DNA from: Vicugna vicugna
Taxonomy: Eukaryota
Length of the DNA: 64,000 nucleotides
Direction: 5' to 3'
Assembly (NCBI GenBank): GCA_013265495.1
Contig: MU061579.1
Location: forward strand, 7,044,124-7,108,123
Under the pieces are notes generated by a model that was not told where the DNA came from, did not search any database, and was given only the letters and a program-made list of their open reading frames with translations. Made by a program: the position numbers and the translations under genes. Within the stretch, counting starts at the first letter, position 1; each line of letters opens with the position of its first letter. Below are positions 1 to 12,650 of this stretch, piece by piece.

Positions 1-1762
1 TAATAAGAGTTAAAATAACATTTTGAAGAAGCAAATAATTTCTACTCCTTACCACTTCATAATTTTTTCATGTATTATTTGGTTCTATTTTTTTTTTAGA
101 GTATCTCAACAATAATCCTTGTTTAATATATTCCCCAATTCCACATCTGGCAATATGTCTTCATTTGTAAATTGATGTTTTGTTTGGGTTTTAAACATCT
201 GGAGCCTTTTAGGGAGATTGAATATTATCAGCTTTACTGTGAAGTTAGTGTTTTCAGCCCTTAAAAGGGGGTGGGGTGTTGGGGGTGGGGGGGTGGGCAT
301 CTGAGCCCAAGATTAGATAAATCATGGAAGAGCTTAATCTGCTGCCTCCATCGGAGCCACAGCAGCACGTGGGCCATGCTCAGGTGTGTCCTCCTCGGCT
401 GGGTCCTCCTGCTTTCCCTTTGGACTCGGGTGCATGTTGGCTCTCCCGTGGGAAGAGACCCTACTTGTTTGGCTCACAGGGTGATCCAGAAGACCTTGTA
501 TTGAATCTTGGATCCCATGTAAACACTGGTTCCCGTCACTCAGTCTGGCTGCAGCTACATCTTAGACTCTCAAGATCGGTTGTTTGCCTCTTAAAACAGG
601 CTCAAAAACAGTAGGAAAGGAGAGTAGGTCAGTGTGGCATATGGTTGAGTTTGCATGGACAGATTGCTTGAGAATAACAGGCACAATCTTTTAAATTGGT
701 TCCTTAGTTATAAATGTGGTATGCAGCTGTTTCATAGTTTTGGCTGGGATTGAGGTACATTTAGCAATTGGTACTTTTCATGAGATAACACATTAACCTA
801 ATTTTTCAAAGCTCTGCTTCTCATCTCTCTCTCTGAAGTTAGTTGGGTGAGGAACAGACTCTCTTTGCTATAAGCATCTTACGGCATCAAAATTGACAAG
901 GAGCGTCGTCCAGCGCGGGTGGCCTTGGAATCCTTTTCTGATCAAAGCAGTCAGCATTAAACACATATATATTCTGTGGTTCTTCTGGTTTCAGGTTGTC
1001 TGTTTCTTCTTGTATTTTTTAATGACACAAATAATTTCAAAAATATTTTATTTCAAAGATTTTACACACTGTGGCACAAGTGAAATGATCCCCTCTCTGA
1101 TACAACAGGTCCCTGAGTCCAGGGTGTGGGCTAATTAAACCGCTGGCAAATCCAATCCACTGGGTGTGGAATCTGCTTGTTTGAGATGTCAGCTCCCACA
1201 ATGTGTCTTGCCTAACTATTGTGCTCATTGCATGGATGCTATGTGGAATCTTGCAAAAGTGGCAGTAGTTGTAAACACTTTAGGAAATGATGATGGTAGA
1301 GAATGATAGATGGGTTTTTTTAGAAATCGGTAACTAGATTAATCAGTGTGTCTCTGTGTGTGTTTTGAAATGTTTACACTTAATGGGGTTAAAACATCTG
1401 ATAGCCCTACAAGTTTTCCTTCTACCTCTTCCAAAGACAGTATGGTTGTGGCTATTTCAGACCTCCATGTGAGGGTCTTACATAGACATAAAGAATCACC
1501 AGTGAATTCTCTGCCAGCATCCACAGAACTTCCCCGGGGGGCTCCCATCCATCCTGTGGGATTCTTGTGCATGCCTGGTAGATCTCAGCTCTGCTTTCTC
1601 TGTGAAGAGCAAGTCTCCTCCAGCAGGCAGTATCCCATCATTTCACAGTACGGGACCCCAACTTGATTACATTAATGTTTCTTTGTAAGCTTTCTTTTTT
1701 TCCAGAAATATATACATATGTGGATGTAACTCACTTTCTGTTTGTTTGCTTTTCTACCACAG

Positions 1763-1851
1763 ACACGGGAGCAGAAAGACAGGCACTAAGAGAAAATGTG
1801 TATCCTAAACTGAGAGAATTCTGCAGAGAAAACTATGGATTAGAATTTCAG
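1763..1851 (+). CDS. NWD2: NWD2 internal coding exon (probably exon 2), 89 nt, N-terminal DUF4062/TIR-like region
   Basis: Pyrimidine tract plus acceptor (tttgtttgcttttctaccacAG) ends at 1762; donor CAG|GTAATT at 1852. Translates (D)TGAERQALRENVYPKLREFCRENYGLEFQ, recognised as NWD2/KIAA1239. Starts in phase 1, ends in phase 0. Confidence 0.95.
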
Positions 1852-2692
1852 GTAATTATGCAATTAATTTCATTTTTAATTATATCAGCTTAATAATGTT
1901 TGTTTCTTGTCACAGCTTGGCTGTTATAAAAGACAAATTTTAAGTGCCCCCCCCAATTTAATTTTTTAAGCATAGGTGAAAAGAAACACTGTAAAATGGA
2001 AATAAAGGTATTTAGTCATTTTTAATGTTCTGCACTTTTATGCTCTGCTTGTTGGCCCCTACCTGGTATTGGCTCGTCTTTTTCTTCGAACATGTTTATT
2101 TGGTTGTTTTGATGCTCTTAACTATTCTCAAAAAATTGAAGGTTTCGGAGCACCTGCCTTTAAGCTAGGATCTCTAGAAATGTTATACATGTAAAAATTG
2201 GGACCAACTTTCTCACAAGTATTTCTTTTTAGCAGCCTGGCCAGTCCTTGCCTTCTGTTCTACCTTTTAGTTTTTATTCACATTGTAGAAGATCCTTTTT
2301 CCTGAGCATTTTGGGGATTTGCCATTTACTAAAAAAAAAATTATTCAGCCTTTCAAGAGATGGTACCTGTGCGTGTCATTGCTAAAATTCATAAACATAT
2401 GGGCATTTGTAGACACCAGTGATTGGCCACCTAATAGAAAAGTACTAGGAGACATTGAACGTATCTTGGAGATCCAAAAAATTTTAAAGTAAATGGTTCC
2501 TGCAACAGATAGCATTATTTCGTCAGAATTTTTCAACCTCATTTACAATGGACATCTGAACTCTCCAGTGCTTTCTCAACTACGTGTTTACATTGTGAAG
2601 TAAGGAATATGGACTAGAGGTTCGTGGTGTAGGTGTGCAAAATGTGCCGTTGTTAACAGAGGAACATTTCACCCTTTGTTTCCTCCTGAATA

Positions 2693-2914
2693 CAGCTGAC
2701 CCTTGAACAAAGCAGGGGCTAGGAATGCTGACCCTCCACACAGTTGAAAATCCACAGATGACTTTATAGTCAGCCCTCCATGTCCACGGCCCCCCATATC
2801 CGCAGATTCAACAAACTATGCATCCTTTAATACTATAGCATGTATTGAAAAAAAATCTGCACATAAGTGGACCCACACAGTTCAAAGCCATGTTTGTTAT
2901 TCAAGGGTCAACTG
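2693..2914. mobile_element. Tigger2-derived non-autonomous DNA transposon (MER8/Tigger2a-like MITE)
   Basis: Terminal inverted repeats cagctgacccttgaa…ttcaagggtcaactg with TA on both sides; closely similar to the copy at 40888-41119. Confidence 0.85.
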
Positions 2915-3899
2915 TATATATTTTATCATGGTATACTTCATAATGCCTTCTAATGTGACACATAGAATAATAGTCTCAGAATGACTTCAACCCCAATACA
3001 TAGTGTCAGGCAGCAGCCAGCCATTATGACACACATGTTGAATAGTCACCATTTACTTGAAAAATGGTAAACCTAAGTTCCTTGTTGTGAGCTCAGCACT
3101 GCTTTCTCTGAGGCATCGGGTTCTGCTGATAACATGGTCTCAACTGTTATAAAAATTCTGGTATGTCAAGATTCCCAGGACTTAGACATTCCCTGGGGAC
3201 TCAGTTACTATAAAGAAATGTGTCCAAGCATATTAATCCCATCTTTGAGTTTGGGTTTGCATCCTTTTTGTCAGTAGAAGAAGGTTGAACTTTGGAACAA
3301 CCTCCATAAAACATGGTATTGATTGGGATTAGTTGAGGAGAAAAATGTATTTCCCAAATTATAAGTAGACACAGGAGAAGACAGATAAAGCCAAAGGAAA
3401 ACCTTAGAAGGCCAGGTCCACAGACTAAATTGATGGCAAAGATCATTCCAGGCAAATGTATTGAATCAGTCACTGAGATGCTGGACAGCAGTAGAAACAA
3501 CATTGGACAAATTATGACATGGAACTGAGCCCCAGCTCTTGACTATGAGTGACTTAACCCACCACCGGTCCTTTAGTTCAGTGTCTAAAATGGGCGTGGT
3601 GACAGCTTACACACCTGAGGTTTTGTTGAGAATGAAATATGCTAGGTTGCATTTGCTTCCCACCTTCTAAGCTCAAGTATATAGTATCTGAATCAAAGAA
3701 TATATTTTTAGTATAGTCTTTTTTGGTAGGTTGATTATAGACCTCCCTGAGTCTATGTTTTCTAGAGAGATGGTTCTTTTTCCTCAACCTTAGCAAAATG
3801 TACCAGAAGCTTCATGACAAACCAACTTACCCATACAGTATTCTGGATTCCGTCCTTAAACATTGGACCCAGGACAAATGCACTCCCTGGAGTTACTCA

Positions 3900-4500
3900 G
3901 ATACACCAGTCTATGTTGTGCTTTCTTGCCTTTGCTGTTCTCGTCACCTACAGTGCTTTTCAATCTGGTTCTCCACTTCCTAGGTCCTACTCATTCTTGA
4001 GACTCTTCCTACCTGATCTTAAGTCATGTCCCTCTTCTCACCCACTTTGCACCTGTGTGTCCTCTGTTTTGTTCCTTGAACACATCAAGCTCATTCCCAT
4101 TTAAGGACCTTGCCCTGGCTGTTCTCTTTCTGTAGGAATGCTCACCCTCTCCTATCACATGGGTGCTTTCTTATTGTCCTTCAAGTCTGAAATGTCACTT
4201 CCTAGAGTTGCTTCCCTAAGGACCCAAACTCGAGTCACACCGTAGATGTGCTCATTTACATCATCCTGTTTTAGTTTTTTTTTTATTTGCATAGCGTATG
4301 TCAGTGTTGGAGATTTTTCTTGTTTACTGATTATTGGCTTGCTTCTTGTCTTTCTTTCACTAGATTATAAGTTCTGCAAGACCAGGGACTCGTCTGCCTT
4401 CATGACAGCTACATTCTTGGTCCTAGAATAGTGCCTGGCATGTAGTAAAACTCCATATGTATATGTTGAATGAATGAGTGAGCGTACAAATGAATGAAGT
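3900..4500 (+). mobile_element. LINE-2 3' fragment
   Basis: Typical L2 3' end (…tagaatagtgcctggcatgtagta…gttgaatgaatga). Confidence 0.75.
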
Positions 4501-4604
4501 GTCAGCCCAAACATTACTTGCTTAAAGAAACCTTCTCTGATTCCCCTGTCCCTCCCAGGTTATGCCATGTAACCTCCTCTTTGCTGCATCCTGTGTCTAA
4601 CTCC

Positions 4605-5350
4605 CAATCATTCATCCAGTTCATTCAAAAAGTGTTTGTTGAACACTGGAATTTGACACAACATTGTAAAATGATTATAAATCAATAAAAAAATGTTTAA
4701 AAAAAAGTGTTTGTTGACCATCGACCACATGCCAGTCAGCATTCCAAGTGCTGGGAATACAGGCGCAAACCAATCAGACCCTCTTCTTATGGAGTTGCCA
4801 ATATTGTTGAGAGAGGCAGATAATAAATGATAAATTCCAGTGTGAGAGATGCATTTCATTGAGTAAATGCTTTTAAGAAAAGTAAAGCAGAATAAAGGGA
4901 GGGAGGGAAATGCCAGGTAGTCAGAGATGGACCCAGTAGTAAGACAGCCTTTGAGCAGAGACCTGCAGAAAGGGATGGAGCAAGTCATATAGACGTTTTG
5001 GGAGGAGAATTCCAGGCATTGACAACCAGGAGTAGGGTCTAGGGGGGAGCGTGTTTAGAATATTCTAGGAAAAATAAGCCAAGTGGGAGTGGGGTAGAGG
5101 GAGTAAGGGAAATAATTATAGAAGATGACATCAAAGTCTGATCACACTGGACCTTATGAACTAAGATTAAGGATTTAGAATTGTACTGAGTAAAAAGGGA
5201 AAGAGTGACATGATTAATGTTTAAGAGATTCACTCAAGCTTTGTGAGGGGACTGGAATTGGGGGAGAAGAGGGATGGCAGAAGCAAGAAGACAGTGCAAG
5301 TACAAAATGATGTTGGTGAGGACTAGAGTGAGCGTGGAGATAAGGAGACA
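4605..5350 (-). mobile_element. LINE-2 3' fragment, interrupted by an L1 tail
   Basis: tcattcatccagttcattcaa…tttgttga start followed by the purine-rich reverse-strand L2 body. Confidence 0.7.
4643..4701 (+). mobile_element. Extremely 5'-truncated young L1 (3' tail only, 59 nt)
   Basis: acactggaatttgacacaacattgtaaaatgattataaatcAATAAA plus A-rich tail; perfect 16-nt TSD aaaaagtgtttgttga at 4627-4642 and 4702-4717. Confidence 0.9.
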
Positions 5351-6189
5351 TCTGGTTAGGTAACTGTTTCATCGCCCATCCATAAGGTCTGACAGTTCTC
5401 AGGACTGGGATTCTGTCTTATTCCGCTTTCCCAATGATTAGTCAAGTACCTGGCACATGGTAGGCCACTTAGGTAAATCTTTATTAAACTAATTTGACAG
5501 ACTGTGGAGTTACATTTTAAGCAGGGCCATAGACTTCTATCTGCTTGCCTGTTTGACAAACTGTTTTCTAGCATTTCCTCTATTTTTTTCATTTACGCTA
5601 ACATTTAATGAAAAGGCACCAGCCTCTCTGATTACGTGAATTTCAGCTAGTTCTGTGTGTAACACACGTGGTTGATTGCTCAGAGGTGGAAACACTGAAT
5701 AGAAAGAAGCTCAAGCCTACTCAGAGCAGGAAACACGCTCAGAGAAGGACGAGGTGCTGAAATAATGTTATTTGATTTGCCAGTGTTCAGTAGGTGCCCT
5801 TGGCTACAGAGAAGAGGATAGAAAGGAAGAACAGGGGAATAAACTGGGAAAAATAAAGACAGATTTGGGGAAAAGCAGGTGGTGCAGGACCCAGTAAAGA
5901 AAGGGCCTGTAATTACATGCACAGGTGCCATCCGTCCTTGCTTTTCCTCTCCATCCGCCCTGCAGAGACCCTGATCCAACCCTCACTGCTTCAAAAAATT
6001 CGATAAACAAAGAGCATCTTAACTGACTTTGCTCTCTGTTTACGCACAACAGGTTGCAAGTCCTTGAGGGAGAGACTAGCTCTCACTTATTTTTAAGTCC
6101 CCAGGACCTGGAAGAGTGTTTGACATTTAGTGGGGTTTCATAAAGTGTGTTAAGCAGGACTGCCGACACCATCATCTGACTTGAGTTTT

Positions 6190-7745
6190 TCTATACATCA
6201 CCAGGGTAACCTTACTTAAATGTCATGTTGTCAGTTCCTTTGCTTAAAATCTTTTAATATCTCCCTGCTGCCTACAGGGGTCCCTCTTTAATGTGATCCC
6301 TGCTGCCTCTCCTACTTCATCTGCCATTTTTTCCCAACATAAATACTCCATGCCAGTCAGGCCATCCTCGGCCTGTCTGTAGAGCGTGTCTTGCCGTCTG
6401 CTTATTCCTGACTGCAAAATCTCATTCGCTGATCTATTTCAGTTCTCCCCTCTTTTCAGAAATGTCCTTTCTCCTCTACTGCCTACCCTTCCGAATCCAG
6501 CTAAAGGCCTAGCTTTCTAAGAAGTCTTTTATGATTCCCAGATATCCCCCTGCCATGCCCTGAACTCCTATAAATCTGCCCCACCCCACTCCCACTGGTA
6601 CCCTGGGCAGGAGTAAACCTGATTAGGACAAGGACCTCTGCAGGGGGTACTTGACTCATCTGGACACTTAGCTACTGTTCCTTTTCCTTCACCTTTAACA
6701 TCCAGTAAATCCCAAAGACCTGTGGATTCCACCTCCCCTAATATTTCTCCAGTCTGTCCTGTCTGTATTATTGTCATCTTGACTATTGCGATAGATACTC
6801 TGCTGGTCTGTTTACCTTCATCTCTTCCTTCTTCTCCCCAACATCAACCTCTCTACCTACCTTGACCACCTAGTGCATCTGCCACACTGCTGCAGGGGTG
6901 TTTCTGAAATGCAGATCTGACTCTTATCTACAAGAAGTCTGCACTTCTTAGCATGGCATTCAAGGTTCTACTTTCCACTCCTGTCTACCCCTGAGGTCTT
7001 ATCTGTCCCCTCCCCAGCAGGTGGCCTGTTTTAGCCTTTCTCATCTACATTCAGTCCCCAGCAGGTTCTTCCTCTTCCCTGAGTCCTCACACCCACTGGG
7101 CCCTCTGTATCGGGTGCCCTTAAATTGTCCCCCGTGCTGATGACTAGAAAATTTTCTACTTATTCTTTAAGAAATAGTGAACTTCCTTCTTTAAGATTCT
7201 GTGGTACTTTATTCCTAATCATTTAATTGCACTTGTCACATTGTTTTAATTACTTGTTTTTTATTGGCATATAGTTGATTTGCAATATTGTTTCAGGTGT
7301 ACAGCATAGTGATTTGGTTTTATGTATACATATATCTGTATATATATATATGTGTGTGTATATACGTGTATATATATTTATTCCTTGTTTGATTCTTTTC
7401 CATTATAGGTCATTACAAGATATTGAATGTAGTTCCCTGTGCTATACAGTGGAAAATTGTTGTTTATCTATTTTATATATAGTAGTTAGTATCTACACAT
7501 CTTGAATTCCCAATTTATTCCTTCCCACCCCCTTTCCCCCATGGTAACCATAAGTTTGTTTTCTATGTCTATGAGTCTGTCTCTGTTTAATTACTTTTAA
7601 AATGTCCTTTCTCCAGGAACTAGGAGCTTATAGAGGTCAGAAATCACATTATTTATAATTATCACTAGTCTTTTTTAGAGTACCTGGTTCACATTATATA
7701 CATAATAAATATTGGTTGATTAAAATGAATTTGTTGATTAAATGA
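6190..7745 (+). mobile_element. LINE-2 fragments, split by an L1 insertion
   Basis: Pyrimidine-rich L2 body motifs (gaaatgcagatctgact…cttagcatggcattcaagg) ending in a degraded L2 tail at about 7690-7745. Confidence 0.6.
7256..7585 (-). mobile_element. 5'-truncated L1 3' end (artiodactyl/camelid type)
   Basis: T-rich start, then tatagttgatttgcaatattgtttcaggtgtacagcatagtgat…ccctgtgctatacagt; TSD tttaattactt at 7245-7255 and 7586-7596. Confidence 0.9.
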
Positions 7746-7773
7746 GTAAGACCCAGAAGCTGAGAGTCTAGAC

Positions 7774-8096
7774 CAGTGCTGTGCAAAAGAAGTATAATGT
7801 AAGTCATAGATGCAAGCCATAACTGCAATTAAATTTTCTAACTACATTTTAAAAAGTAAAAAGAAACAGAAATCCTTTAAGAATCTATTTTATTTAAGCC
7901 ATTTATATCCAAAATGTGATTTCAACATGTAATCAATACAAAAATTATTAATGAGTTATTTTACATCTTTTTTTATATTAAGTCTTCAAAGTCCAGTATG
8001 TATTTTACACTCACAACATATCCCCATTCAGACTGGCTACGTTTCAGGGACTTGACAGCCATATGTGTCTAGTGGCTCCTGGGCTGGACTGCGATG
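7774..8096 (+). mobile_element. MER33 (hAT-Charlie) DNA transposon fossil
   Basis: Matches the recalled MER33 consensus end to end; 8-nt Charlie-type target sites gtctagac / ttctagat. Confidence 0.85.
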
Positions 8097-8834
8097 TTCT
8101 AGATGGAGGTGGCGTCAGAGTGAGGTCATTCTAACTGGGATGAGAGCTGAGTGCCAGTGATTGACTCAAGCTGGTGCCCGCGTGTGAGGATCCTCATATC
8201 AGCATCTCCAGCTCTTTGCCCTCCATAGTTACATGAAGATAATTCTGGTTTTTTGAGTGTTAAAATAATCTAAAATGGAACCCATCCTTTTCGCTTTTCC
8301 CAGTTACTCAATTGCTACTATTTCCCAGGCTCCAGACTTTAAAATCTTGGTGTGTAGTTCATTCGTCACCCTTTACAAGGTGGACCCAAACTGCCCTGTT
8401 CCCGCTGATTCACCTGCCATAGTGTTTCTTTAGAAATTCACTTTGTCTTTCCATTTCACGAGTCTCTGTCCTTACTCAGGCTCCCGTTTCTTAATAGCTG
8501 AGTGACTGTGGCAGTATTTCTGAATCTGTCCTTACCTTGGGTGTTTTTGTGTTCTGGTTCAGACTGTACAGAGCTGCTCGAATAATCTTCTTTAAGTATT
8601 TACCAGATTTCATTCATTCTGAGATGCACGTTTTCCCACATTTTTACTTCTCAGAAATCAGGATTCATCTTACAAACAAATAGGTACATCCCAGTGCAAT
8701 TGGCTGGCAGTGCATTTCTCTTTCAGTGGAATGTGCAACATTGGAGCAGCCTACTACTGGTGATACTAGATTCAATAAAACGCAGCACATTATGTCATGT
8801 GTGGGGTATACTGGAAACAGCATACATTTTTCTG

Positions 8835-9025
8835 TTAGAAAGACTGGGATTCAGATTCTCGGTCTGCAAATTACCAGTCCTGTGACTTTGGGCAGATTGC
8901 TTGATCTCTTTCACACTTAGTTGATCCCTCTGTGAAATGAATAGGATAGTGTTCATCTTCCAGGATTGTCAGGAGAATTCAGTGAGATAACACAACATGC
9001 CTGGCACGTGGAAGGCACTCATTTA
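8835..9025 (+). mobile_element. MIR SINE
   Basis: MIR core (tgtgactttgggcagattgcttgatctct…ctgtgaaatg) and tail (atgcctggcacgtgg). Confidence 0.75.
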
Positions 9026-9257
9026 TTCATGTGCATTTTTCTTTTGCCTTTCAATACAGTAAAAGACTTTGGATCAAGGAATCTGTCTGTCTGAGGGGTC
9101 CTTAGTGTCTGGTGCAGAAAGAAGGGGAATTGGAAGAACACTGAAGAAATATCTCTTGCATCCAAGAAAGGATTATGTAGCAAAACAAAATCCTTGGAGT
9201 TCACACTATTAGCCTGAGAGAAGATTTCTCCAAATTCCTTTAATCCCTTCTTTAGTA

Positions 9258-10225
9258 TGTCAACCAGTACTTAGGACTCTGCCCCTGGAGCTCTAACATA
9301 TAGAGAAGAGGTCCCAGCTGGTTAATGAGGAGAGCAGGACCGACCCACCCGATGTGCTCTCTAGGAGAATGGTGGAAGGAGACAGGGAGGCGCAGAGTTC
9401 GCTAGACTTGCCTCGCCATCCCCTTTCTCTGAGTTCTGCTTCAGAAAGGGGAGGTAGGTGGATTGGTAACACTGAGGGCAGCTTGCCTCTGCTCTCTACT
9501 TAGGACTCTGGAAAAAGAGATCACCTTACAACAGTCACCCCCCCACCCCCGCCAATAGACCTGGGCACGGCTACATCATGACCAGGACAGCAAGAGATCA
9601 GGAGGTTTAAATTCCCAAGCTGCCCTCAGTTACTGTGTGTCCCATATGCTGAGTTAAGAGCCACTGTTAGTCTCCACCACAGGGAGAGGTGACCACACAA
9701 AAGGCCTGGGGTGAGAAAACTGGATGGAGCATGGGCCCAGGGTTTGGAACTTCTCATCCACAGCAGGGGACAGTGGCCTGGGTTGTCTGCAGAGCAACAC
9801 CAGGCTCTGACCAAGCTGAGAGGGAAAGGCCAGTCCATGGATTACAACTGCCCCAAGCCCAAGCCATGATGCCCCCAACCAGCGGATGTCACCCGGGGAC
9901 TGCTCCCTAGAAATCCACTTTTCCCCTTCAGGATAGGAGGCTACCCAGACATACCCTCCGGAAAAGGAGCAAGGGAAGGGGGGAGCTGTAGGCTTTTGAG
10001 AGAGTCAGCATCTTGATTCAAGAGAGAATAAGCACTTTCAAAAGTCCTCGAAAACATCACTTCAAACTAAGGTTTCAGCCGACTAGAACTGAGAGCTCAC
10101 TTTATCCTGATAACCAGAGGACAGAGGCTTAGGCTGGAGATCCAAACTAGCTTTGGACAAGATAAAAGAAACTACGTTCTCTAAGCACATCAAAGTCGTA
10201 GGCCAAGTGAAATTATGCGAGTCTT
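9258..10225 (+). mobile_element. Ancient solo LTR (LTR78/LTR79-like)
   Basis: GC-richer block of about 1 kb beginning TGTCA, with a 3' region (gataaaagaaactacgttctctaagcacatc) resembling ancient eutherian LTR ends. Family call is tentative. Confidence 0.4.
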
Positions 10226-11383
10226 TTATTAGCTTGATCTTGCTAATGTTTACTGAACAAAATGATTACTTAGCCTCACACTGAAGGCTCACAATCAGTT
10301 GTGTTCAGTTGCTTCCCCTCCCCGGCCCTCTGTCCTGTCGAGCACAATCTCCTTCTCCGTACACATTTTTTTCTCCCAACTGCCTGCCTGCTCAGGAATC
10401 TCAGAATGCATTTTGCCTCCTGAGTTGCCAAAATCCGCCCTTGGCTTTCTAATTGACAGGCCGTGTTGTGATGCCCTTGGTCCTTTCTCCACATTGTCAA
10501 CTAATCACTCCTTCTCCATTTTCTGTTAATCAAATGTATGCTGCTTTCTAGAGGGAAGTGCATCTCCCCTCACTGAATCACACATCATTCCTCTCAGGCC
10601 AGCGCTTCAATTTGTCTGGCTCACTTCGCATTTCAGTTCTGTCCATCAAAGCCTGGACAGGGCTTACCAAGTTGATATTCTGTAAAAGTCTTAGAAGCCT
10701 GTTACCTCATCCTTCTCCCTTCCATGGGCCAGTTTATAAAAAGGGGAAAGGAAGATTAATAGAGAAGATAAAAGGGAAGGAAAGGACTATATCATCATTG
10801 ACCTTCCTTGCTCCTGTTGAATTGTAAATATTGGCTCAACATTTCTGCAGTGTGGAATGTCTCTTCAGGGATCCTCGGGCCTGACTTCCCAAGATAGCAT
10901 TACTGGTCCTCCTTTCCTTTGTGCATATAGGCAATCTTATATAAAGCAGTCGCATTGTGGGAAACTCCAGAGTTTGCTGAATATTTAGCACAATTTATTC
11001 TGCTAAATTGTGGCTGTTTGATTACCCGAACTCTAGAAATCACCAAAAAGATTAGTCCCTCAATAAACAGAATGAGAGATCCCCATTTGCAGGTCACCTC
11101 TAAGTGTCCCAGTGGAGTCCAGTCACCACGAAGCCTTTCTCCAGTTCCGAACATAGGGTAGCTCTTTCCATCATTTTCTGTCTCTGATGGGAAGGAGAGG
11201 AGACCTTATTAACAAGTCCCTGCACAGTTAAAGAACTCTTCTTTAAGAGGTCCACTTTGTCAATATTTAGTTATAAACCACTGAAAAAGTAACTTAAGCT
11301 AAGTTCTCTTATTTGTAAAGCAAAGTGTTTCTTCAACCTGATCTTGTTTCCTTCCAGCTCCCAAAATGATGATGCTGTGAGTG

Positions 11384-11443
11384 GATCGGCTTGGTGTGGG
11401 CAGGCCGGGTCCCGATCGGCTCGGTGTGGGCAGGCCGGGTCCC
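11384..11443. repeat. 30-nt tandem duplication (2 copies, 1 mismatch), CpG-rich
   Basis: gatcggcttggtgtgggcaggccgggtccc followed by gatcggctcggtgtgggcaggccgggtccc. Confidence 0.95.
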
Positions 11444-11604
11444 CTGCGTCTTTGCAGTGCTCTTCTGTCTAGAAGGGCCTCTTACCCTCTCTGAAGAGCA
11501 GTCTCCTATGCACGTATCCTTCAGGTCCAGGCTTCTGTCTTGCTTCCTCACCGATGTCTACCCAAATCCCCGGGGTAGATTAAGGTGCTTGCTCCCATGG
11601 GCAT

Positions 11605-11940
11605 CACTCATTTATTCACAGACATTTATTGAGCCTCTGCTCTGCATCAGGCTGAGTTGAGGGTGCAGTGGATGCCATAGTGTTGAAAACAGTCCCTGCC
11701 CTCATGGAGTCTAGTTTCACAGAGAATGTAGTCATCCACAGGGGCCAGGGTGATGCTTGCTGCGGAGGAAATTCAGGGAGCTCTGGGCGTGCATAATGCG
11801 GGGGTGAGGATGCCTCATCAAACCTAGAGGCATCAGAAAGGGCCGCTGAGGACCTGATGTCTGTGCTGAACTCTGAAGAATGGGTCGATGGAGATGGCCA
11901 GGTTAAAAAGAATATTTCAGTCAGAAGGAACATTCATAAG
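11605..11940 (-). mobile_element. LINE-2 3' fragment
   Basis: cactcatttattcacagacatttattgagc…gtccctgccctcatggagtctag, a typical reverse-strand L2 tail. Confidence 0.75.
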
Positions 11941-11964
11941 CAAATTTGGGGAAGGAACTTTAAC

Positions 11965-12200
11965 ATTACGTAGTACTCACTGCCTGCCAGGCACTTACTC
12001 TCAGCACAGTGTATACATGAACGTGCTTAGTCGTTGCTGTGAGCCAAGGAGGTAAGTTCTATCTTCCACATTTCATTCAATAAGGACACTCAGACATATA
12101 GAAGTAAGTAATTGCAAGAGATCCCACAGCTAATAAATGGCAGAGTCAGAATTTGAACTAAAGCAGTTTGTGCCAGTGCCTGTGCTCTTAACCACTGTAC
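11965..12200 (-). mobile_element. MIR SINE
   Basis: tgccaggcact…cacagctaataaatggcagagtcagaatttgaac…tgctcttaaccact. Confidence 0.8.
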
Positions 12201-12489
12201 CAAAAAGCCTATATTCATACATTCACAAAAACTGATAGAGATAGGTGTAGGAATGTAAGTACAAGTGTAATGTATACATGTAGATACACAGACTCACACA
12301 TACACATGTTACACACGCACGTATTTGAGGAGTATGTGTACAGCCAGAACCTGACCCATGAGGGAGAACATGGCATCAGATGAGTTTGGAGAGCTGGGCA
12401 GGGACTAGGTGGTGGAGGATCTCGCAAATTAGGTCATAGCTTCTAGGCACTGTCGTCAAGGTGACGAGAAGCGCTGTGAAATAGTGTGA

Positions 12490-12650
12490 ACAGCCCAGGT
12501 TCAAATCCCACCTCTACTACTTGCTACTACCTGTGTGATTTCAAGCAAGTTGCTTCTCTAAGCCTCAACTTTTTCATCTATAAAGCAGGGATAATATTTC
12601 TGTCTAGTCCTAAGTTTAAGGAGTAAATAAGTTACTCTGTATAGTGTCTG
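12490..12650 (+). mobile_element. MIR SINE
   Basis: ggttcaaatcccacctctactacttg…tgtgtgatttcaagcaagttgc…ataaagcagggataat. Confidence 0.75.

Noticed and set aside
324..614. 96-aa ATG-initiated ORF (MEELNLLPP…)
   Set aside because: No recognisable family or motif, and the length is within chance expectation for a GC-richer patch.
1663..1893. 76-aa ORF as a standalone gene
   Set aside because: Only 1763-1851 is the NWD2 exon; the flanks are intronic pyrimidine tract and post-donor sequence.
11384..11443. CRISPR-like 30-nt repeat
   Set aside because: Two adjacent copies with no spacer, no cas genes, and a mammalian context.
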